Source: a virus. Taken from it: 40,335 nucleotides of DNA. Below the pieces are notes generated by a model. It made no database searches and was not told where the DNA came from. It saw nothing but the letters and a program-made list of their open reading frames with translations. Shown here piece by piece: positions 9,589 through 16,596 of this stretch (position 1 is the stretch's first letter; each line of letters opens with the position of its first letter). The stretch spans positions 1-40,335 of the IMG/VR virus record IMGVR_UViG_3300001528_000059; one strand, 5' to 3'. Made by a program: the position numbers and the translations under genes.

Positions 9589-10140
9589 ATGGATAAAGCT
9601 GACCGCAAACAGAAATTCATAAACCTTATGAATCAAGAAATTCCTAAGACAACCGCTTCAATTTGGATGAAGCGGCTGGATAAAATGGACTTCTTCACCG
9701 CGCCCGCTTCCATCCACCATCACGGCGCTTATGAAGGTGGTCTATTTGACCATTCGTATCAGGTTACTTTGAATTTACTTAACCTTACAAGATGGTTGCA
9801 TTTGACTTGGCAGCGCCCGGAAAGTCCTTACATTGTGGGTATGTTCCATGACCTGTGCAAATGTGACAACTACAAGCACCTGAAGCCCGATGACGTTCAT
9901 CCTGAAGCATGGGTCTATTCTGATGGGCAACTTCTGACTGGCCACGGTGAAAAATCCGTGATAATGCTTCAGCAGTTTGTGTGCCTGACTGAAGAAGAAA
10001 TGCTTTGTATCCGTTGGCACATGGGCGCTTTTGATTCTGAAAAGAACTGGAACGCCTATGGGCAGAGTATCACGAAATATCCAAATGTCCTGTGGACACA
10101 CACAGCGGACATGATGGCCGCACGGATTCAGGGGGTGTGA
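9589..10140 (+). CDS. HD-domain phosphohydrolase
   Basis: HHHGAYEGGLFDHS and FHDLCK (H...HD pattern). ATG 9589 preceded by AAGAGG. Confidence 0.75.
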   Translation: MDKADRKQKFINLMNQEIPKTTASIWMKRLDKMDFFTAPASIHHHGAYEGGLFDHSYQVTLNLLNLTRWLHLTWQRPESPYIVGMFHDLCKCDNYKHLKPDDVHPEAWVYSDGQLLTGHGEKSVIMLQQFVCLTEEEMLCIRWHMGAFDSEKNWNAYGQSITKYPNVLWTHTADMMAARIQGV

Positions 10141-10142
10141 GC

Positions 10143-10490
10143 ATGAAGGCGCGAATCCCGCCCAAGCACCGCCTGACCAAAGAAATTCTTGATGTGGCGG
10201 TTCGTGAAGCCAAGCGCCAAGCCGATGAACAGATTGACGATGTGTGTAACCGCTGCACCAATGAATTTTATGTGGCAATGCACCAAGCCGGTCTTTCACC
10301 GAAAACCATCAAGAAAGTCAGCACTATCCTGAAGGAAGTTGTCATTCCGCACTGTGACGAATTACGGGAACAGAGCATCAAAGACCGCGCAAAACTTCAT
10401 GTTGACTATATCCATGACGGGGATGATTTTCTTGAAATGTACTGCACTGAACATGGTCTGCCGTATGAGCAGACAGAAAGGAAGATTTAA
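10143..10490 (+). CDS. Hypothetical protein
   Basis: ATG 10143 lies 3 nt after the HD gene stop. The track start 10092 sits inside the HD gene. Confidence 0.55.
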   Translation: MKARIPPKHRLTKEILDVAVREAKRQADEQIDDVCNRCTNEFYVAMHQAGLSPKTIKKVSTILKEVVIPHCDELREQSIKDRAKLHVDYIHDGDDFLEMYCTEHGLPYEQTERKI

Positions 10491-10757
10491 ATGGATGCTG
10501 TAAATCACCCTGCGCACTACAACCGCCCCGGTCAGAAGGAATGTATTGTGCAGATGGAAGAAAAGTTTGGCATTGAAGCTACAAGGTGGTTTTCGCTGCT
10601 GAACTGGTTCAAATATATGTACCGCTATGACCAAAAGAACGGCCTTCAGGACTTGCAGAAGGCGGTGTGGTATAAACACTATTTCCTGAATCACGGCGGC
10701 AATCCTGACCTTCTGAAGCACGTTCCCGATGATATGAAAAGCGAGGTGGAAGCATGA
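10491..10757 (+). CDS. DUF3310-family protein
   Basis: NHPAHYN...FKYMYRYDQKNGLQDLQKAVWY matches the DUF3310 signature (HPxHY ... KY..R...K....DL.KA.WY). Confidence 0.75.
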   Translation: MDAVNHPAHYNRPGQKECIVQMEEKFGIEATRWFSLLNWFKYMYRYDQKNGLQDLQKAVWYKHYFLNHGGNPDLLKHVPDDMKSEVEA

Positions 10758-11518
10758 TTAAAATTGAACAGGTTGAAGTCAGCGGCTTTGGTGCTGCTAT
10801 CCGTGGTATGCGGAATCCAATGAATAGTTGGGATAAGATGGACAGCCATGTTTGCAATTATGATGAATGTGACTGTGATTGTGCTATGGTTGCCAATGGG
10901 GATGAACCCGGTGAAGACTGCAATGATGGCACATGGGGTTTCTGTGTGGGTGAAAATGATTTTGCCCTGATGAAGCGTCTGGCCGATGGTGGTTCATGCC
11001 ATGCCAAGTACCGCCGCATGATGCTTGTTAGCTGTGACATCACCGCGCCCCTGTATTGGTGGAAAGAATTTGACACCTACAAGGTTGGTACAGTGGCCAA
11101 TAGTTGTTCCACGATGCACAAGATTCACGCCAAGGAATTCACGCTGGATGACTTCAGCCATGAACACCTTCAAATGTCTTCCCCCATGCTGTGCAATCTT
11201 GAAAGCACCATTACTATCTTGAATGAATGGCGCAGACTGTTCAACTACACCGATGAACAGCGCAAGGATTACTTCAATTACAATGGGTATCCGGCAGTTC
11301 TGTCCAAAAAGGATTGTTGGTGGCAGATGATTCAGCTTCTCCCTTCCAGCTACAATCAGAAGCGGACTGTGCTGCTGAATTATGAAGTGCTGACCAATAT
11401 TTACAAATGGCGCAAGAATCACAAGCTGGATGAATGGCGTGATTTCTGCCGCTGGATTGAACAGCTTCCATATTCCAATGTGATTGTCAGGGAATGTGGG
11501 TGTATCGCTGATGAATAA
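10754..11518 (+). CDS. ThyX-like (flavin thymidylate synthase fold) protein lacking the canonical RHR motif
   Basis: The N-terminal AAIRGMRNPMNSWDKMDS and central SCHAKY...ITAPLYWWKEFDTYKVGTVANSCSTMH follow the ThyX block order, with TYK where RHR is expected. Assignment is from memory of the family pattern only. Confidence 0.4.
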   Translation: MIKIEQVEVSGFGAAIRGMRNPMNSWDKMDSHVCNYDECDCDCAMVANGDEPGEDCNDGTWGFCVGENDFALMKRLADGGSCHAKYRRMMLVSCDITAPLYWWKEFDTYKVGTVANSCSTMHKIHAKEFTLDDFSHEHLQMSSPMLCNLESTITILNEWRRLFNYTDEQRKDYFNYNGYPAVLSKKDCWWQMIQLLPSSYNQKRTVLLNYEVLTNIYKWRKNHKLDEWRDFCRWIEQLPYSNVIVRECGCIADE

Positions 11519-11777
11519 ACACTATTGCAAGCTGTGTGGCCGTGAAATTCTCAATCGTCATCCAAATTCTAAGTATTGCCGGGAATGTGCAGACAACATG
11601 GTTGGCATGTCTGAACAAACACGGTCTGAATATAAAGAACACGTCCACAAAATGGCCGCACAGAGAAAACCCAAGCGGTCTGATGGGTACACGATTGAAC
11701 AGATTGTGGCGCTGGCCGCTGAAGCAAATATGACCTATGGTGAGTATGTGTTGAAGATGGAAGAAGGTCTTGTATGA
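11511..11777 (+). CDS. Zinc-ribbon protein
   Basis: CKLCGREI...CRECADN (CxxC-x14-CxxC). ATG 11511 overlaps the upstream stop. Confidence 0.6.
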   Translation: MNKHYCKLCGREILNRHPNSKYCRECADNMVGMSEQTRSEYKEHVHKMAAQRKPKRSDGYTIEQIVALAAEANMTYGEYVLKMEEGLV

Positions 11778-12034
11778 TGTACATTGTGATATTTGCCATT
11801 TCCGTTCTGATTGGATGTGGTGCAGGGGTCTTCATCCTTGCCCTGTTCAACGCCGATGCACCCACGCGGGAAGACTATGATGCACTGAAGCTGGAATGTG
11901 AGAGTTGGCACAGGCTGGCCGTGAAGTATCACACGGAAATGTTGCAGGCGCAGCAGCTTCAGGAAGTATGGAAGTCCAGCGCTATGAAGCGAGGTGAAAC
12001 AGATGCAGAAGAACCCCCTGAACCCAAAGAATAA
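11774..12034 (+). CDS. Small membrane-anchored protein
   Basis: N-terminal TM helix MMYIVIFAISVLIGCGAGVFILALF. ATGATG overlap with the upstream gene. Confidence 0.55.
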   Translation: MMYIVIFAISVLIGCGAGVFILALFNADAPTREDYDALKLECESWHRLAVKYHTEMLQAQQLQEVWKSSAMKRGETDAEEPPEPKE

Positions 12035-12221
12035 TTCTGAAGGTTATCCTGACCCTACCGCCTACAATGGTACAAAACCCCTGATTGATGCCGAATCAGC
12101 AACCATGAAAATCATTGGTGAACTGGTTCACACTGTTAAAATGATGTGTGCCTTAACAGGTTTTGAAGTTGTGGGCAGAATCGTCCTGAAGGACAAATCC
12201 ACCGGCAAAATCTACCGTTGA
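12003..12221 (+). CDS. Hypothetical small protein
   Basis: ATG 12003 preceded by GAGGTG. Last gene of the early + strand block. Confidence 0.5.
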   Translation: MQKNPLNPKNNSEGYPDPTAYNGTKPLIDAESATMKIIGELVHTVKMMCALTGFEVVGRIVLKDKSTGKIYR

Positions 12222-12248
12222 CCGCCTTCCAAGGGCTGATTTGTGGTA

Positions 12249-12507
12249 GTTGTGACGCAAGTGTGACGCAAGTGTGACGCATGATTTAAGGTATGCGTCA
12301 CGGCTTTTCAATCGTTGCAACGTATAAAAAGTCGTGCTGTGCCTTATGTGACGCAAAACTTCAATGTTCTTAGAATTTGACTTATTTTCAACGTCATTTA
12401 ACGATGAAATATAAAAATATATAGTAATAGAAGTAATGCGTCACACGTCACAAGCGTCACACTTTGCGTTTTGTTTTCGTTATATCGTTATTTTTGCTGT
12501 GACGCAT
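12249..12507. promoter_or_regulatory. Iteron array A: 9 copies of (T)GTGACGCA / TGCGTCAC around an AT-rich core
   Basis: Three 11-bp phased tandem copies at 12249-12281. Perfect palindrome GTGACGCAT-N10-ATGCGTCAC at 12274-12301. Further copies at 12348, 12437, 12447, 12454 and 12499. 306-bp non-coding gap. Confidence 0.75.
12347..12452 (+). repeat. Inverted-repeat cassette, copy A (partner 37136..37242 on the opposite strand)
   Basis: Aligned by eye to the reverse complement of copy B: 26/26 block, about 17/32 AT-rich middle, 29/30 block, 14/14 block. Confidence 0.85.
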
Positions 12508-12527
12508 AAAATATATCACGAAAGGAC

Positions 12528-12983
12528 GTGATTTTATTGAATGAGGTGAACCCCAAGGAATATCTGTTGAGGTTGCAGCGCTTGAATACCAACATCAATC
12601 AGAAGATTGCTGAACTTGATAGTTTGCGCCTGATGTGTACAAGCATCAAATCACCGTCTTTTGATTCTGATAAGGTTCAGACAGGCGGTTCAGGTGATGC
12701 ACCGTTTGTCAGGCAGATTGAAAAGATTATGCTGCTTCAGGAAGAAATCAACAAAGAAATTGACAGCTTTGTTAACGAGAAGCACACCATCATCAATCAG
12801 ATTCAGCAGCTATCTGATAGCAGATACATTGAAATCTTGCACAAGCGCTATGTTGAATTCAAACGGCTTGAGGTCGTAGCCGTAGAACTGAATTATTCCT
12901 ATCAGTACACCATTGAATTACACGGCCATGCCCTGAAGGCTTTCAAAAACATCCTATTGAAAACCTATATGGAACCGATGTAA
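12528..12983 (+). CDS. Putative late-gene transcriptional regulator (sigma region-4-like / ArpU-RinA-like)
   Basis: The C-terminal YIEILHKRYVEFKRLEVVAVELNYSYQYTIELHGHALKAF resembles a sigma-70 region 4 HTH. Coiled-coil N-terminus. Position immediately upstream of terS. Start uncertain: GTG 12528 or TTG 12537. Confidence 0.5.
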   Translation: MILLNEVNPKEYLLRLQRLNTNINQKIAELDSLRLMCTSIKSPSFDSDKVQTGGSGDAPFVRQIEKIMLLQEEINKEIDSFVNEKHTIINQIQQLSDSRYIEILHKRYVEFKRLEVVAVELNYSYQYTIELHGHALKAFKNILLKTYMEPM

Positions 12984-13000
12984 AATGGTAAGGTAGAATC

Positions 13001-13035
13001 ATGCACAGAGGATAAAACCCCTGTGCATTTTTTAT
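13001..13035 (+). terminator. Intrinsic terminator between the late regulator and terS
   Basis: ATGCACAG-12 nt loop-CTGTGCAT followed by TTTTTTA. Confidence 0.6.
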
Positions 13036-13058
13036 TTGCTGAAAGGAAGTGTGGCAGG

Positions 13059-13544
13059 ATGACCGATAAACAGAAAAAGTTCGTGGATGAATACCTGATT
13101 GATTTGAACGCCACACAGGCGGCAATCCGGGCAGGATATTCCCCTAAGACTGCTAATGAACAGGGTGCAAGGCTGTTGACAAATGTTAGTGTTCAAAGCT
13201 ATCTTGAACAAAAACAGGCTGTCATTGCCCGCCGCACTGGTATCAGCCAAGACCGCGTTGTTCGTGAACTGGCCAAGATTGCTTTTGTGAACATCACTGA
13301 TGTTTGCACATCAAATGGGCGCATCAGGCAGGATGCCACGGATGAAGACCTGTCCTGCATTGAATCTATCAAGGTCAAGCAGACCGAGACAGACACCGGC
13401 AGTTCTGAAGAACGTGAAGTTAAGCTGTGTTCCAAGCTGAAGGCGCTGGAACTGCTTGGCAAACACCTTGGTATGTGGAATGATAAGGTTGATTTGAACC
13501 TGAATGTTCCTGTTGTCTTCCAAGGGGAAGATGATTTGGAATGA
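13059..13544 (+). CDS. terS: Terminase small subunit
   Basis: MTDKQKKFVDEYLIDLNATQAAIRAGYSPKTANEQGARLL is the typical Terminase_2-type N-terminal HTH. AAAGGAAG RBS. Confidence 0.85.
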   Translation: MTDKQKKFVDEYLIDLNATQAAIRAGYSPKTANEQGARLLTNVSVQSYLEQKQAVIARRTGISQDRVVRELAKIAFVNITDVCTSNGRIRQDATDEDLSCIESIKVKQTETDTGSSEEREVKLCSKLKALELLGKHLGMWNDKVDLNLNVPVVFQGEDDLE

Positions 13545-14785
13545 CAGATTCCGTCAATGTCTACCTTCCTGCCATTGTGGGCAAGGGATATGCCGAATTT
13601 TGGAAGTTCAAAGGCAGATACCGCGCTGTAAAGGGTTCACGCGCTTCCAAGAAATCCAAGACAACAGCATTGTGGTACATCTACAACATGATGAAGTATC
13701 CCGATGCAAACACGCTGGTTGTTCGTAAGACCTTCAGAACCCTGAAGGATTCCTGCTTCACAGACCTGATGTGGGCTGCAAAACGCCTGAATGTGTCGCA
13801 ATACTGGAAGTTCACAGAATCGCCCCTTGAAGCTGAATATATTCCAACAGGGCAAAAGATTTACTTCAGGGGATTGGATGACCCCTTGAAAATCACGTCA
13901 ATTACAGTGGCCGTGGGTTGTCTGTGCTGGATGTGGTTAGAAGAAGCCTATGAAATTACAAAAGAATCAGACTTTGACACGCTTGATGAAACCATCCGTG
14001 GTGAAGTTCCTGAAGGGCTGTTCAAACAGGTCACAATTACCTTCAACCCTTGGAATGAAAAGATTTGGTTGAAGAAGCGCTTCTTTGATAATCCTGACCC
14101 TGATGTGTTGGCTATAACAACAAACTATACCTGTAATGAATGGCTGGATGCTGCTGATAAGCGCTTATTTGAGCGCATGAAGGTCAATAACCCACGGCGC
14201 TACAAGGTTGCTGGCCTTGGTGAATGGGGCATTTCCGAAGGTCTTGTATATGAGAACTGGACAGAACAGGAATTCACCCTTGCCGATGTGCAGCAGCGCT
14301 ATCATCTGGAAAGCGGCTTTGGTCTTGACTTTGGCTATACCAATGACCCAACAGCGCTGTTTGTGGGTTTTATAGACCAAGATGCCCGCAAAATCTTTGT
14401 TTGGGATGAATTGTACAAGAAAGGCTTGACCAATAGAGCCATTGCCGATGAAGTGCAGCGCATGGGATACCTGAAGGAAAGAATCACCGGCGATTCAGCA
14501 GAGCCGAAAAGCATTGATGAATTGAAGGGCTTTGGACTGCGCATCAGTGGCGCGGCCAAGGGCAAAGACAGTATCAACAGCGGTATTCAGTTCATTCAGG
14601 ACTTTGAAATAATCATTCATCCGCGCTGTGTGCATTTTCTGACAGAAATTAGTAATTACACATGGGATAAAGACAAATTTGGCAATGCCCTGAATCGCCC
14701 CATTGATGACTTCAACCATCTGATGGACGCTATGCGGTACGGCCTTGAAAAATACATAAACAAAGGTGGAAGGTGGGTCTTCTGA
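13541..14785 (+). CDS. terL: Terminase large subunit (PBSX-like family)
   Basis: RAVKGSRASKKSKT Walker-A-like segment, VVRKTFRTLKDSCF, size and position. ATGA overlap with terS. Confidence 0.9.
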   Translation: MTDSVNVYLPAIVGKGYAEFWKFKGRYRAVKGSRASKKSKTTALWYIYNMMKYPDANTLVVRKTFRTLKDSCFTDLMWAAKRLNVSQYWKFTESPLEAEYIPTGQKIYFRGLDDPLKITSITVAVGCLCWMWLEEAYEITKESDFDTLDETIRGEVPEGLFKQVTITFNPWNEKIWLKKRFFDNPDPDVLAITTNYTCNEWLDAADKRLFERMKVNNPRRYKVAGLGEWGISEGLVYENWTEQEFTLADVQQRYHLESGFGLDFGYTNDPTALFVGFIDQDARKIFVWDELYKKGLTNRAIADEVQRMGYLKERITGDSAEPKSIDELKGFGLRISGAAKGKDSINSGIQFIQDFEIIIHPRCVHFLTEISNYTWDKDKFGNALNRPIDDFNHLMDAMRYGLEKYINKGGRWVF

Positions 14786-14786
14786 T

Positions 14787-15137
14787 ATGGAAATTGAAAT
14801 CAAAGTAAATGACTTGAATTTTAAGGTCTTCACAGCAGACCCGGAAACGCCTGATTTGACGGTTGATTCCCCTGAAGGGAAAATATATTGCTTTGGGGTT
14901 ACGAACCTTCAGAAACAGACTATTTGCCTGTCTAAGCGTGTTCAGAAGGAAGCCTTCTGCAAAACGGTTGCACACGAACTGACCCACGCTTATATTTTTG
15001 CCTTTGGCGCACACATTCCGATGGATTACGCTGAAGCAGAAGAATTCATTTGTGACTTCATCGGTGTTCATGGTTCAAAAATAAGCACGCAAGCCGCGTG
15101 CATCACTGAAAGGCTGTGGAAAGATGCTGAAAATTGA
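14787..15137 (+). CDS. Small putative zinc metallopeptidase (HExxH)
   Basis: 116 aa containing VAHELTHAYIF. Sits between terL and the portal gene. Confidence 0.5.
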   Translation: MEIEIKVNDLNFKVFTADPETPDLTVDSPEGKIYCFGVTNLQKQTICLSKRVQKEAFCKTVAHELTHAYIFAFGAHIPMDYAEAEEFICDFIGVHGSKISTQAACITERLWKDAEN

Positions 15138-16596
15138 AGAAATCACACAGCTTATGGAAGCGGACGCTTCCAGCGAAAAGAAGCTGTTTGCCCGTAAGGG
15201 CTTGAAATACTATGAGGGTGAACACGACATTCTGAACACCCGCTTGTATTACTATGATTCTGATGGGCAGATTCAGGAAGACCATTTCAGAAGCAACATC
15301 AAAATTAGTCATCCGTTCTTCACTGAACTGGTTGACCAAGAAGCGCAGTATATGCTTTCAGGGGATGAAGCCCTGATTTGTTCTGACATCCCTGAACTTC
15401 AGACCCGCCTTGATGAATACTTTGGGGATGACTTCAAGTCTGAACTGCTTGAACTGCTGACCGGCACGGTGGCCAAGGGCTTTGAATACATGAACGCCTA
15501 CACCAATGCTGAAGGTCGCACGGCCTTCAAGTGCGCTGATTCCATTGGCGTGATTGAGGTCAGAGCCAAAGACACAGATGATGGCTGTGAATATGTCATT
15601 TTCTGGTACATTGACCGCATCGACAAAGGCCACAAGACCATTAAGCGGATTCAGGTTTGGGATAAGGAAAACATCTGGTTCTATGTTCAGGTTCAGGACG
15701 GCAAAATTGAACTTGATGAATCTGTTGAACTGAATCCCCGCCCCCATACCATCTACATTGACCCCAAGGGCAAGAAATACGGCAAAGGCCTTGGCTATAT
15801 TCCGTTTTGGCGGCTGGATAACAACACCAAACAGTTCAGCGGCCTGAAGACCATCAAAAGTCTGATTGATGATTATGACCTGATGGCCTGTTCACTGTCC
15901 AATAACCTTCAGGATTTCACTGATGCCCTGTATGTGGTCAGCGGCTTCCAAGGTGATAATCTGGATGAAATGATTCAGAACATCAAGGCCAAGAAACACA
16001 TTGGCGTTGGCGACGGCGGCAGCGTAGACATCAAGACCATTGATATTCCGTATCAGGCACGACAGGCCAAACTTGACCTTGATGAAAAGAACATCTACCG
16101 CTTTGGTATGGGTTTCAATTCTGCACAGCTTGGGGATGGCAACATCACCAACATTGTCATCAAGTCACGCTATGCCTTGCTTGACCTGAAGTGCAATAAG
16201 CTGGAAATCCGTCTGAAGCAGTTCCTGCGCAAGCTGATTGGTGTGGTGCTGGATGAAATCAACAGCACCGATGACACCGATTATCAGCAGAAAGACGTGT
16301 ATTTCAACTTTGTGCGCGAAGTTATGACCAACGCACAGGACAACGCACAAATTGCCCTGACTGATGCGCAGCGTCAACAGGTACAAATCACCACCCTTCA
16401 GAACTTGATGGGTACATTGGATGATGACACCATCATCCAAAACATCTGTGAAGTGATGGATATTGACTTTGAAGAAATCAAGGGCAAACTTCCTAAGCCT
16501 GATGACGGTGACGGGGTGGATGATGCACAAGCCGCCCTGAATGGAGTGAAGACCGATGAACAGCAGACAGAAGGAAGTCCTTCAATCACAGCTTGA
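15124..16596 (+). CDS. Portal protein (SPP1 gp6-like)
   Basis: 490 aa directly after the terminase. N-terminal KYYEGEHDILN motif and acidic C-terminus are typical of SPP1-type portals. Confidence 0.85.
   Translation: MLKIEEITQLMEADASSEKKLFARKGLKYYEGEHDILNTRLYYYDSDGQIQEDHFRSNIKISHPFFTELVDQEAQYMLSGDEALICSDIPELQTRLDEYFGDDFKSELLELLTGTVAKGFEYMNAYTNAEGRTAFKCADSIGVIEVRAKDTDDGCEYVIFWYIDRIDKGHKTIKRIQVWDKENIWFYVQVQDGKIELDESVELNPRPHTIYIDPKGKKYGKGLGYIPFWRLDNNTKQFSGLKTIKSLIDDYDLMACSLSNNLQDFTDALYVVSGFQGDNLDEMIQNIKAKKHIGVGDGGSVDIKTIDIPYQARQAKLDLDEKNIYRFGMGFNSAQLGDGNITNIVIKSRYALLDLKCNKLEIRLKQFLRKLIGVVLDEINSTDDTDYQQKDVYFNFVREVMTNAQDNAQIALTDAQRQQVQITTLQNLMGTLDDDTIIQNICEVMDIDFEEIKGKLPKPDDGDGVDDAQAALNGVKTDEQQTEGSPSITA

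Noticed and set aside
12249-12507. The GTGACGCA repeat arrays as a CRISPR array
   Set aside because: The repeat units are only 8-11 bp and occur in both orientations with irregular spacing. There are no uniform spacers and no cas genes.
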